Assembly (NCBI GenBank): GCA_030700155.1
Contig: JAUYJU010000016.1
Coordinates: forward strand, 1,188-65,187
DNA from: Candidatus Nanoarchaeia archaeon
Lineage (GTDB): Archaea; Nanobdellota; Nanobdellia; SCGC-AAA011-G17; JAUYJU01
DNA: 64,000 nucleotides
Direction of reading: 5' to 3'
Under the pieces are notes generated by a model. That model saw nothing but the letters and a program-made list of their open reading frames with translations. It did not search any database and was not told the origin of the DNA. Positions 17,097-32,600 of the stretch are shown here, one piece after another (within the stretch, counting starts at the first letter, position 1; each line of letters opens with the position of its first letter). A program made the translations under genes and the position numbers.

Positions 17097-20000
17097 TTGA
17101 GTACTATTATCATGACCCATGTACAGCGACTTTATATGAAGGGGTTTAAGTCTTTTGCAAAACCTGTAGATTTGACTTTTGGGAAGAATTTTAATGTTTG
17201 CATAGGTCCAAATGGTTCTGGAAAGTCAAACATCATGGATGCTTTAACTTTTGTCTTAGGTAAAACTTCTGCAAAATCTATGAGGGCTGAAAAATCAGCT
17301 AACTTAATCTTTAATGGAGGTAAAAAAGGCAGTGCCATGAAAGAAGCCGAGGTTTCTATTTATTTCGATAATACTGATAAAGAATTTCCTGTTGATTCAA
17401 GAACTGTAAAATTAACAAGACTTGTAAGACCTAATGGAAACTCACTTTATAAAATAAATGATGAAGCAAGAACAAGGCAGCAAATTGTAGAATTGCTTGG
17501 TGCTGCTTCTATTGATCCTGATGGACACAATATAATCTTACAAGGAGATATAATCCATTTCATGAGTATGCATCCTGAAGAAAGAAGACAGGTAATTGAA
17601 GAGATTGCAGGAATTTCAATTTATGAAGACAGAAAACAAAAAGCTATGAATGAGCTTGGAAGAGTAGAACAAAGATTAAATGATGCTGAATTAATCCTTA
17701 ATGAAAGAGCTAATTATCTTAAGGAATTAAAAAAAGAAAGAGATCATGCTTTAAAATACAAAGACACTGAAGATAGAATTAAAAGCAACAAAGCAACTTA
17801 TTTGGATTTGCAGATTAGTGATAAAAAAGAAAAACTAGAAGATATTGAAAAGAAAGTTTCTGAACATCAAAATGGAATCAATAAAGTAAATGAGGTTATT
17901 AAAGAAGCAAGAGATAAAATAGAAGCTAAAAAGCAAGAATTACAGTCTATTGAAAAAGATATTGAACAAAAAAGTGAAGTTGAATCTGTAAGTTTACAGA
18001 AATCTATTGAAGATTTAAAAACTGATATTGTAAGGACTTCTGAAAGACTTAATACCTGTAAAAATGAAGTTCAAAAAGTAGAAGACAGGAAGAAACAACT
18101 TGCTGTAGGTCTTAAAGACATTGATAATAATATTTCAGGACTTGAGAAAAGCAACAAAGAGTTAAGTATTGAAGAACATGGTCTTATTAAACAAGAAAAT
18201 GACTTAGATATAAAAATTAAGAGGTTCAAAGAAGCCCATGGTTTAGGAAATCAAGAAGAACTAGTTAAATTAGAATCTGAAATTGAAAAGAAAGAAGAAT
18301 TTGTATTTAAATTACAGGATGAAAAGCAGGACTTCTTAAAAGAAAAGTACCAGATAGATGCTAAAATAAACAATATCGGGGAAAGAATTGAAGATCTGAA
18401 AAAAAATGAATCAAAGACTAATATTAAAGATTTGAAAAAAGAATTAAAAGTTTTAGATGAAGAATATAAAAAATTGCTTACTGAAAATTCTTCTTTGGAC
18501 AATCAATTACAAAAAGCAAGAAGAGAGATAGGTATTAAGAATGAGGATTTAAGCAGGTGGCAAGTAAGGCAAGCTGGAGTTAATGAAACATTAATGGGCG
18601 ATTTGGCTACAAGAAAAATTCTAGAATTAAATAAAAAAGGAGTTTATGGTTTGGTTTCAGAATTAGGAACCGTTAATAATAAATATGCTTTAGCTTTAGA
18701 GGTTGCTGCAGGCCCAAGGATAAAAAGTCTTGTTGTTGAGGATGATAAAATCGCTGCTGAATGCATTAAATACTTAAAACAATATAAACTTGGAACTGCT
18801 ACTTTCTTACCATTAAATACAATAAAAGCAAGAAAAGAAGTTAATCTTTCTGGAAAAGGAATCCATGGAAGTGCTATGGAATTAATAACCTTTGATAATA
18901 AATTCAAAAATATTTTTTCTTATGTATTTGGTGGAACGGTTGTAATTGATGATGTTGATATTGCAAGAAAAATGGGCGTTGGGAAAGCAAGAATGGTGAC
19001 GCTTGAAGGAGATTTATTTGAATTATCTGGAGCGATAATTGGTGGATTCAGAAAGAAATCAAGAGGTTTGAGCTTCCAGCAACAACAAGCTGATGATAGA
19101 TTAGGTATTTTAGATAAAGAAATATCTGAATTAAAAGATAAAATAATTACTTTTGATAAAAGAAAAGATGAAGTTGAAAGCAATTTAAGGGAACTAAGGA
19201 ATAGGAAATCTGAGATTGAGGGGGAGATTATAAAATCTGAGAAGAGCCTTGGCGGAGTTAATTTAGAACAATTACAAAAAGAATTGGAAAACTTAGAAAA
19301 AGAAGATATCTTCGAGGATGTTAAAAATATAGAATCAAGAATAGATGGAGAAAATAAAGAACTTGAAGAATTAAAACAAAGAAGACATAAATTAAGAGGG
19401 AATGCTGCAGGTTTAAGTGGAGAAAAAGAAAATAACTTTAATGATTTAGAAAATAAAAAACAAATAGTTCACGAAAGAGTAATCCAATTAAGAACTGAAC
19501 TTAAAAATATTGAAGCACAGATAAAAAATATTTATATTCCTGAAAGAGAAAAAACAGAACAGATATTGAAAGAACATGAAAAAGAATTGGAAAACTTCAA
19601 GAAAGAATCTATTGATTTAACTAATAAATTAAAAGAACAAAATTCTACATTAAGAGAAACAGAATCGCATGAAAAGAAATTTAAAAAAGAATATCAAGGA
19701 TTATTTGAAAAAAGAGGTAAATTTGGACAGGATATTCAGAAATTTGAGAGCTCAATCTCTGTTCAGGACATAAGGATTAGAGAACTACAAGACAGGATAA
19801 ATAATCTTGCAATAAATAAAGCTAAACTAACTGCTGAGTTTGAAGCGTTGAATAATGAATATGAAGAATACAAAGGAGCTAAATTAAGAAGAGGAGTTGC
19901 TGTCGAAGTATTAAAAGATGAAACAAGAAGATTAGAGCAGTCTATGAGGCAAATGGGTAATGTTAACTTGAGAGCTTTAGAAGTTTATGAAAATGTGCAG

Positions 20001-20543
20001 AAAGAATATGACGGATTACTAATGAAAAAAGACACTTTGAAATCTGAGCAAGAAGATATAATGGGTATGATTATGGAAATTGAGAAAAAGAAAAAAGGAA
20101 TATTCATGAAAACTTATAAAGGGGTTTCTGAGAATTTCAAGCAGATTTTCTTAAGCTTATCAAGGAAAGGAGAAGCTTTCTTAGAATTAGAGAATAAAGA
20201 AGAGCCATTACAGGGGGGTTTGGATATTAAAGTTAGGATTACCGGGAATAAATACATGGATATTAAATCTTTATCTGGTGGAGAAAAAACTTTAGTTTCA
20301 CTGGCATTTATCTTTGCAATACAGGAATACCAACCCGCTTCATTTTACCTATTAGACGAAGTTGATGCTGCTTTAGATAAGAAAAATGCTGAATTATTAT
20401 CTGGATTGATTAAAAAATACGCAGGAACTGCGCAATATATATTAATTTCACACAATGACTCTGTCATAACAGAAGCTGATCAAATCTATGGTGTTTCAAT
20501 GCAAGAGAATGGAATATCAAAAATTATTTCTCTTAAGATTTAG
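17097..20543 (+). CDS. smc: Chromosome segregation protein SMC
   Basis: N-terminal Walker A GPNGSGKSN, long coiled coils, hinge, C-terminal LSGGEKTLVSLAF signature and Walker B LLDEVDAALD. Confidence 0.9.
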   Translation: MSTIIMTHVQRLYMKGFKSFAKPVDLTFGKNFNVCIGPNGSGKSNIMDALTFVLGKTSAKSMRAEKSANLIFNGGKKGSAMKEAEVSIYFDNTDKEFPVDSRTVKLTRLVRPNGNSLYKINDEARTRQQIVELLGAASIDPDGHNIILQGDIIHFMSMHPEERRQVIEEIAGISIYEDRKQKAMNELGRVEQRLNDAELILNERANYLKELKKERDHALKYKDTEDRIKSNKATYLDLQISDKKEKLEDIEKKVSEHQNGINKVNEVIKEARDKIEAKKQELQSIEKDIEQKSEVESVSLQKSIEDLKTDIVRTSERLNTCKNEVQKVEDRKKQLAVGLKDIDNNISGLEKSNKELSIEEHGLIKQENDLDIKIKRFKEAHGLGNQEELVKLESEIEKKEEFVFKLQDEKQDFLKEKYQIDAKINNIGERIEDLKKNESKTNIKDLKKELKVLDEEYKKLLTENSSLDNQLQKARREIGIKNEDLSRWQVRQAGVNETLMGDLATRKILELNKKGVYGLVSELGTVNNKYALALEVAAGPRIKSLVVEDDKIAAECIKYLKQYKLGTATFLPLNTIKARKEVNLSGKGIHGSAMELITFDNKFKNIFSYVFGGTVVIDDVDIARKMGVGKARMVTLEGDLFELSGAIIGGFRKKSRGLSFQQQQADDRLGILDKEISELKDKIITFDKRKDEVESNLRELRNRKSEIEGEIIKSEKSLGGVNLEQLQKELENLEKEDIFEDVKNIESRIDGENKELEELKQRRHKLRGNAAGLSGEKENNFNDLENKKQIVHERVIQLRTELKNIEAQIKNIYIPEREKTEQILKEHEKELENFKKESIDLTNKLKEQNSTLRETESHEKKFKKEYQGLFEKRGKFGQDIQKFESSISVQDIRIRELQDRINNLAINKAKLTAEFEALNNEYEEYKGAKLRRGVAVEVLKDETRRLEQSMRQMGNVNLRALEVYENVQKEYDGLLMKKDTLKSEQEDIMGMIMEIEKKKKGIFMKTYKGVSENFKQIFLSLSRKGEAFLELENKEEPLQGGLDIKVRITGNKYMDIKSLSGGEKTLVSLAFIFAIQEYQPASFYLLDEVDAALDKKNAELLSGLIKKYAGTAQYILISHNDSVITEADQIYGVSMQENGISKIISLKI

Positions 20544-21354
20544 TATCTAAAATATGCTTCTTAAATAACCCAAAATTAATTACTGCTAATAGTAAAAGTA
20601 AAAGGACAATTACTGACTCTACATAATACCTCGCCAAATCAACCTCTTTTGCAGGTAGTTCTGTCTTTGGTTCTTGAATTTTTCCTGGTGCTTGACTTGA
20701 GAGAATTTCTTTGAATACTTCCAAATGGAAAACAACTCTTCTTGTTAAAATATCTTCTAAAGTAAAGAATAAATCAAGTTTTCCATCTTTGTCTAAATCT
20801 ATGGGTTTAGTTTGACCTAATAAAAAGTTTACATAGGAAATTTCGCCTTCTGGATCTGTAATACTAACTTTTGCTGAGCTTTCATCAAAGGTAGTTATTC
20901 TAACATAATAATTTTCTTTTTTAAAGATAATTATTATAACCCTTACAGTTGTAGCTGCAAAATCGTAAGTTGGGTAGATATCTGCATTATAAACTAAACT
21001 TCCAATAGTTCCGCCACCTCTTATCTGCTGTGTTCCAGTTAGAATTACTTCTTCTGCTTCTGTTACATTTGTACACAAACTAGTGTCAAACCCTGAACAA
21101 TCTGAAAGGCAAGACAAAGTACCGCCGTCAAAACCTTGAGTGACACAAGTTCTTCCAGTTAAATTTGTGCCATCACAATTTTCTCCAGAGGTTACTAAAT
21201 TGTCGCCACATATAGGGGCAATAATGACAGAAACTTGAGCTTGCTGCTGACCTGCTAAACCTGTTAGGTTACTAATAAAATTAAATGTACTGAATATAAT
21301 AAAAATACTAAAAACTAATAAAAAAATAGCTGTTGTTCTGTTAGATAAACCCAT
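20533..21354 (-). CDS. Putative surface/secreted protein (N-terminal signal anchor, Cys-rich region, C-terminal TM)
   Basis: Hydrophobic N- and C-termini, multiple N-x-S/T sequons. Confidence 0.35.
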   Translation of the reverse strand: MGLSNRTTAIFLLVFSIFIIFSTFNFISNLTGLAGQQQAQVSVIIAPICGDNLVTSGENCDGTNLTGRTCVTQGFDGGTLSCLSDCSGFDTSLCTNVTEAEEVILTGTQQIRGGGTIGSLVYNADIYPTYDFAATTVRVIIIIFKKENYYVRITTFDESSAKVSITDPEGEISYVNFLLGQTKPIDLDKDGKLDLFFTLEDILTRRVVFHLEVFKEILSSQAPGKIQEPKTELPAKEVDLARYYVESVIVLLLLLLAVINFGLFKKHILDTKS

Positions 21355-21385
21355 ACAGATTAAACTTTTTTAAAGATTTATATAT

Positions 21386-21811
21386 TTATGCTCTTTTAAA
21401 AATTATTCTGACCTTTCCCGTGTAATTTCCTTTAGGATAATCATTTGGTGGTCTTGCTGTAAATTGAACTAATACTTCATTTCCAGGTTCTAAAATAAAA
21501 CTATTTTTATTGGGGTATATAAAATCGTGACCTATTACATTTATAAGAATTTTTGCTCTTTTTTCTGTTGTTAGTTCAATCTCTCTAACACCTGCACTGC
21601 CAGGAGCAATTATACCAAAATGTAATGCGTCTGTTCCTGCATTAAAACCTAGTGTTTTTTGTTCTTTAATCTTAAAATCATAAGCTATATATTTTATTTG
21701 TATAATCTTAAAGTTTAAGTAAGTTATAATTAATATACAAAAGATTATAAAAAAGATGGTAACTGAGAATAAAATACTCTTTTTAAATTTAAACTTTTTT
21801 AATTTTGACAT
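21386..21811 (-). CDS. Hypothetical membrane-anchored exported protein
   Basis: N-terminal TM segment; 141 aa. Confidence 0.3.
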   Translation of the reverse strand: MSKLKKFKFKKSILFSVTIFFIIFCILIITYLNFKIIQIKYIAYDFKIKEQKTLGFNAGTDALHFGIIAPGSAGVREIELTTEKRAKILINVIGHDFIYPNKNSFILEPGNEVLVQFTARPPNDYPKGNYTGKVRIIFKRA

Positions 21812-22979
21812 TTTTCTTCTTCTTTTTTGAGATCCATATCAACCAGATTAGGTCTAATATAACAATAATTGCTATGATTATCAACAATAACATTTGCGAA
21901 CTGATATTTTGTAGTAGAGGTATACGTAAATCAAATTTATTTCGTGGTTTAGTTATTTTTATTTTAACTTGATTTTCTGATACTTCATCCTTATAATAAA
22001 AATTTATCTTTGCATCATAATTTCCTAATGCTAAACCTGAGGTGTCCCAATAAGCAACAAGTCTTGTGCTTTCCCATGAACCTAAACTTATTGTAGGGGT
22101 TTTTGCTGAGATATCAATTTCATTTCCATCTTGAATCAATTTCGCTTCTGCGTAGAAACTTTCAATAGGTTGGTTCCATCTACTCTGCACATAAATATCC
22201 CAACGATTTATTTTATCAACTACAAATTCCTTAGTGTAATTAGTTAGGTTAACAAATAAGTAACCTACCCTCCAAATTTCTTTATCTGTGGCTTTTAATC
22301 CATCATAATCTATTATTGCAGTAACCCCATATTCACCACCCTCCATATCGGAGGTTTTAATTTTTATCGGAATTGTTGAAGATTCTTTACTAGCTAAACT
22401 AATCGAATCTGTTTTTAATTCTTTGACGAGAGTATTTGATTCTTCTATAACTATTGTTCCTTGTGCATTTGATATGGCCTGTTCTCCTAAGTTAGCTATA
22501 TTAATCTTAAAATTTGCGTACTCGCCTAAACCTACATCTTCAACGATCAGATCAGCTTCTGCATATTTTCCAGGGTATGGAACTTTAATTTCAATTATAG
22601 CTTCAACACTTGTATAAGCTGCAATAACTCCTGAACCTAAATCTTCAATTGGTATCTCTGATACTCCGAAATAAGTTTTAACAATTCCAGGTGTTGTTAA
22701 AGCACTGGGTAAACTTACTGAGACCTTAAACTCCGCAAAGCCTTTAGGAGAAACTTTAACTGGTTCTGGGTTTTCTATTTTCATATACTTTTCCAATTCA
22801 CCTCCAATAAAAGGTTGCATAATTATCTCATGGTCCCTATTATTCATGCCATAAAATATCAAGGTTCCTCTATATTCTGGTTCAAAATTCATAGTTACCT
22901 TAGAAGGCGTTATACCTATAGACTGTACAGTGGGTATCAAGATTAAAGAGATTAATAAAAAAATTAAACTTTTTTTCAT
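21789..22979 (-). CDS. Putative cell-surface protein (signal peptide, C-terminal TM anchor + basic tail)
   Basis: N-terminal signal-like segment, C-terminal LLIIIAIIVILDLIWLIWISKKKKK anchor. Confidence 0.4.
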   Translation of the reverse strand: MKKSLIFLLISLILIPTVQSIGITPSKVTMNFEPEYRGTLIFYGMNNRDHEIIMQPFIGGELEKYMKIENPEPVKVSPKGFAEFKVSVSLPSALTTPGIVKTYFGVSEIPIEDLGSGVIAAYTSVEAIIEIKVPYPGKYAEADLIVEDVGLGEYANFKINIANLGEQAISNAQGTIVIEESNTLVKELKTDSISLASKESSTIPIKIKTSDMEGGEYGVTAIIDYDGLKATDKEIWRVGYLFVNLTNYTKEFVVDKINRWDIYVQSRWNQPIESFYAEAKLIQDGNEIDISAKTPTISLGSWESTRLVAYWDTSGLALGNYDAKINFYYKDEVSENQVKIKITKPRNKFDLRIPLLQNISSQMLLLIIIAIIVILDLIWLIWISKKKKKNVKIKKV

Positions 22980-22987
22980 ATTAAAAA

Positions 22988-23677
22988 CTATACCTGCACT
23001 GCCATAAAAAATATTCTTGTATCTGTATAATTTCCCGGTTCTGTATCTGTCGGCAAGAATAAACGTATGGTAACATTTACTGTGTCATTAACATCTACAA
23101 AAGTTAAATTACTGCATATGGAATGATTAGCTGCACCTACGCCAAATGGAATTTGAGAGGAATTTACTTTACCATTTGTGTATGTAGTTGCAGCAGCGCT
23201 TACATTGAAACACCCATTATCTCCAGCTACACTGTGATTTTGTCCTGAGAAATTATATAACGGACTGGTTCCTGTAGTTATGAAATTTGCTGCTGCTGAA
23301 CCATTGACTGTCAAATTAACATCCACATTACCATCATTTTCAATTGCAAAATCACTTGCACCGGCAGTAGTTGGATCATTAAATGTATTAGGGTTATTAA
23401 AACCAGAGGCCGTGCTTAATGAAACTCCACCAAATGCAGATCCATTTCCAAAAGAAACATTTCCTGCATGGTTTAACACTATTGAAGTTGTAGCAGCGAC
23501 ACGAACATTTACTTGCGCATTTTGAAATGGCGCTGCACCTGTCAAAGGTGAAAAAGTATCTACTCCAAGTTTATTTAGCACAGTTACTGTACCAAATAAC
23601 ATAAAAAATATTGCAATTGCAATTAAAAAAATTAAGGTCCTGTTTGAAACATCATACATCTTTTTCACTGTCCTCAT
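22988..23677 (-). CDS. Putative secreted, heavily N-glycosylated surface protein
   Basis: N-terminal TM/signal, more than 15 N-x-S/T sequons, Gly/Asn/Thr-rich. Confidence 0.4.
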   Translation of the reverse strand: MRTVKKMYDVSNRTLIFLIAIAIFFMLFGTVTVLNKLGVDTFSPLTGAAPFQNAQVNVRVAATTSIVLNHAGNVSFGNGSAFGGVSLSTASGFNNPNTFNDPTTAGASDFAIENDGNVDVNLTVNGSAAANFITTGTSPLYNFSGQNHSVAGDNGCFNVSAAATTYTNGKVNSSQIPFGVGAANHSICSNLTFVDVNDTVNVTIRLFLPTDTEPGNYTDTRIFFMAVQV

Positions 23678-23894
23678 TTTTATTTTTTTCTGCTAAAGGT
23701 AATTGATTAACAGGGTGATTAGGATTAGGTGCCACAGTAACTGAAACATAACCGGTAGATAATGGAACACTTTCATCAACTAAAGTTATAGAATTTATTG
23801 CTCCTAAAATTGTCCAGGCACTTAGAATCGAAGTTAGTATTGCAAAAATCAGCATAACAACAACGAAATTTCTAGACGCATCCTCTTTTTCCAT
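23652..23894 (-). CDS. Small membrane protein
   Basis: 80 aa with one TM helix; overlaps start of previous gene. Confidence 0.25.
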   Translation of the reverse strand: MEKEDASRNFVVVMLIFAILTSILSAWTILGAINSITLVDESVPLSTGYVSVTVAPNPNHPVNQLPLAEKNKNEDSEKDV

Positions 23895-24044
23895 TGACTT
23901 AACAAAGAGTCTACTTATTTATAAAGGTTTTCTTGATTCAAAAATGCAAAAAATAACTCCATAAGTTCTAGAAATGAGTTATAATTAAGTTTTTAATTTT
24001 AATATTTTTTAGAAAAAAAATAAGAAAAAGTGCAAGTGTGAGCT

Positions 24045-27275
<3,231 letters not shown>

Positions 27276-27390
27276 AATGGTATTAACCAGTGATTTCTCA
27301 CACCTATGCACGATTCTCATAAAAATGAAAATCCTTCACCCAAGTCTTTGCGAAAGAACAGGAGCTGCATCGAATTTTTTACTTCTTAAG

Positions 27391-27496
27391 TGGACCCGTC
27401 GGGATTCGAACCCGAGGCCCCTCGCTTTTTTGATTTTCAAAAATCTTTTGAAAACATTTGCAAAGCGAGTGCTCTACCGGACTGAGCTACGGGCCC
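27391..27496 (-). tRNA. tRNA-Ala(UGC) with ~32-nt intron, in 16S-23S spacer
   Basis: gggcccgtagctcagtccggtagagcactcgcttTGCa[intron]agcgaggggcctcgggttcgaatcccgacgggtcca; G3:U70 Ala identity pair; intron after anticodon-loop position 37. Confidence 0.75.
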
Positions 27497-27549
27497 ATTA
27501 CTAAAGAGTAAAATGAGCATTTGGTAACGCCGATGATAATAAAATAAAT

Positions 27550-29020
<1,471 letters not shown>

Positions 29021-29194
29021 ATTAAAATTGCAAGACTATATAATTGGAACGCTACCAAATTTTGCTCTTACTCATACTTTTCACTTAAGATAAAGTACTC
29101 ACAAACAAACACGTTTTCACGATTCTAACGTGTTTTTCCATAGATAATGAACTCGCTTAAATCCCCTGAATTCAGCTATCTTAGGGATTAAAAA

Positions 29195-29225
29195 AGAGAA
29201 AACCTGCGTATATAAATCTTACTAT
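29195..29225 (-). promoter_or_regulatory. Candidate rRNA operon promoter (TATA box TTTATATA on minus strand)
   Basis: gatttatatatacgcagg in rRNA orientation, about 190 nt upstream of the 16S 5' end; archaeal TATA consensus. Not verified. Confidence 0.25.
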
Positions 29226-29273
29226 AATTTTGATGAGGAAGTTTTAAAAAGTGTATTTATTAGAAGTAATTTT

Positions 29274-29624
29274 ATGGAAGCTCAATTTACTTATTTAACT
29301 TTTGATGAGGAAAGTAGAAGGAAAAGATTGAATATAGGAGTTTATATTTTTCCTACTAATTTAGATATTGGAGTTTATACTAGGGTAAGTTTAATTACTT
29401 TGAATAAACTCTTGGAAAGTGTGAAACTTACTTTTGATGTCAATAAATCTGAAAATGATTTAGATTATGGCTTATTGAGATTAACTGATGAACCCACAGT
29501 TAAACAAAGAAAAGTTGATGGTATACATATTTTAGGTTTTAGGTATCATTTTGAATATGCAATTGAAACTTCTGATTTAGAAACTAGATTAGAAAGTGTT
29601 GGTTTTAAAAAAATATTAAGATAA
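29274..29624 (+). CDS. Hypothetical protein
   Basis: 116-aa ORF convergent with aEF-2. Confidence 0.3.
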   Translation: MEAQFTYLTFDEESRRKRLNIGVYIFPTNLDIGVYTRVSLITLNKLLESVKLTFDVNKSENDLDYGLLRLTDEPTVKQRKVDGIHILGFRYHFEYAIETSDLETRLESVGFKKILR

Positions 29625-32600
29625 ATTTAATTCGTCTCTCAAACCTTTTCTGTTTCTTATTCCTGAAACTATTTTAGCTTGCAAATCTCTTGGGATCTTA
29701 TTAAATTCCTGATCAAGAATAAAGAAGTTACCTTTACCTTCTGTTGCTGATCTTAACTCTGCTGCAAAACCAAACATTTCCCCTACTGGCATTTTTGCCT
29801 TAACTAATAAATTATCTTCTTCATGATTAACATCTAAAAGTTGACCACGTTTATTTTGAACTAATCTTGTAACTGCCCCCATGTACTCTGAGGTAGCATC
29901 AATCTGCAAAACTTGATATGGCTCGAACATTGTAAGTTCTGCATCTACCATTGCTTGTTTTATTCCTTCTCTAACTGCAGGATAAACTTGAGCTGGACCA
30001 CGATGAATTGCATCTTCGTGTAATTTACAATCTGTAATTTCTATAAAAATACTTGTGCAAGGCTCTTTTGCAATTGGACCTTCTTTCATAACTTGCTCAA
30101 ACGCGTCGTTAATTAATTCTTGGACTTCTCCAATATGAACAATACCACGAGTCTCATCCATCAAAATATTTCCATTGTAAATTGCTCTTATTTTTCTTGC
30201 TTCTTTAACTGGAATTCCGTGCTTTTCTAATTCTTGATAAATTCTTGAATCGTTTTTCTTAACTCTTCCGTCTCTTAAAATTGCTTCTTTTATTAAATGT
30301 GACCAAACTGCATCTTGAGGTTTAACTTTTACATAGAATTTATTGTGTTTATTTGGTGATTTACCCTCTACTTCTTGGGATTGTTTTGCAATTGATTCCC
30401 TATAAACAACAATAGGTGGACTTGTCTTAATCTGGAAATTTCTTTCTGTTATAATCCTGTTTTCAATAATTTCTAAGTGTAATTCTCCCATACCTGAAAT
30501 TAAGTTTTCGCCTGTTTCCTGGTTGATTTCTACTTTAATTGAAGGATCTTCTTTAGCTACCTTTCTTAAAATTTCAACTAATTTTGGCAAATCTTGAGGT
30601 TTAGAAGGCTCAATAGATTTTGTGATAACTGGTTCAAAGATATGTTTAAGCTCTTCAAATGGATGATCAGGTTCTTCTGTGATAGTTTCTCCTGCATATC
30701 CTGAAACTCCACCCAAAGCAATAATATTTCCTGCTGGAACCTCATCTAAAGCTTCTGGCTTTACACCTAAGTAAGTATATACCTGAGAAACTCTTTGACT
30801 GACTTTAGCATTATTTAAATAAACTGTTGCTCCTTCTTTTACTGTACCTGAATATAAACGACCTGCTGAAATTTCTCTTCCAAATTTAGGATCTATTGTA
30901 ATCCTGGTTATAACAAAGCCTACTTTTCCTTTTGGATCACAATTCATCAAAGATTTACCAAATGGGGATTCTAAATCTCCTTTCCAGATATGAGGAACTC
31001 TATATGCCTGGGCTTCTTTTGGATTGGGCATATGTTTAATTACCATGTCTAATACAACTTCATTTAGTGGGGCATTTTCCCAAATCCATTTCTGCTGATC
31101 TTCTTCAGAGATACTTTTATCATAAATTTTAAGAATATCTTTGAAACCAATATTTTTTTTCTTCATGAAAGGGAATGACATTGCCCAGTTTTCTCTTGCT
31201 GAACCGAAAGCAACTGACCCATCTGTAATTGAAACCTGCCATTTTGATTTGTACTCTGGTTCTGCAATTCTTTCTATTAGTCTATTAAAAGCAAGAATTA
31301 TTTTCATTATTCTTTCTTGAATTTGTTCTGGAGTTAATTTTAATTCCATAATTAATCTGTCGCATTTATTTATAAAAAGAACTGGTTTTACTCTTTCTCT
31401 TAATGCTTGACGGATAACTGTTTCAGTTTGTGGCATTATTCCTTCCACAGCACAAACCATTGCAATTGTACCATCAATAGCCCTCATCGCTCTTGTAACA
31501 TTTCCACCGAAGTCAACGTGTCCTGGTGTATCAATCATATTAATTAAATATTCTTGGCCATTAAATTCGTGAACCATTGAAAGGTTAGCTGCGTCTACTG
31601 TCATTAATCTTTCTTGCTCATCTAAATGTAACCAAGTAGCCATTCCAGCTTCTAAAGAACCTGCTGCTTTTTTACTCATAAAACCAGAAGAAGCTAATAA
31701 ATTATCAGTTAATGCTGTATTATGAATGACCATTCCCTCTGCAATAAAATTATGGTTATCTGGAATTGTAAAATCGTAAACTTCTTCTTCATAACCTTCT
31801 TCTATTGAGCTTACCTGTAAATAAACTAGATCTTCATTAAAGCATTTGGACATAGTCTGTTCTTGTGCACCCAATTGAATCAGTTTTTGAGTATCATTTG
31901 GGCTTACTCTTGTTGAAGTTTCTATGTTTACCCAATCTGTAACATAACTGCCTACACTTGCATTTGCTAATTTGATTGCTTTATTTTGTTTTTCTTCTAA
32001 GAAAAATCCTATATTTTTTATGAATTCTTTTGCAGAAAAGCCGCTAATATATAATGTATCTCCATTAACTATTGGAACTATATTAAATCTTAAAAGTAAA
32101 AGTGATAGGTCTTTAATCATTTGTGAACTTACAGAAGTTATTGAAATTGCGGATCTTGCTCTTTCTACAGTACCATCGCAATCGAAATATCCTTTTAGAA
32201 GTTTTGCTACTAAATTATTTGGGCTTTTGAAAACAAAATTTGATACTTTAATGTTGTGACTTTTCTTTTTTAATGGATAATCAAATAAGGAATTTAAAAT
32301 ATGTATCAAGGTTTTATTTGTTTCAAATGCTGGTGTTTTTCCTGGATCGTTTTTTGGTCTTGCTTGGAAACCTAAATTGTTGCATATCCTTAAGAATTCT
32401 TTTCCCAAGCTTTCTTTGCCGACTATGAATCTTTTATTGCTTCCGTCTCCAATGAATAACCCTGCTAAATAAAATAACTCTTCAAAATTTTGAGGAAGTT
32501 TAATTGGATTTGAATTACCTCCTCTTTGTTTACCTGTCCTGAATACTAAAGTGCTGATATTATCGTAAACATCGTTTATATTAAACAATTCTGCTATGTT

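Noticed and set aside
17132-19183. Antisense ORFs inside smc (17132..17338, 18251..18502, 18644..18907, 18920..19183)
   Set aside because: Low-complexity Ser/Phe/Leu-rich translations of the reverse strand of a well-supported 1148-aa SMC gene.
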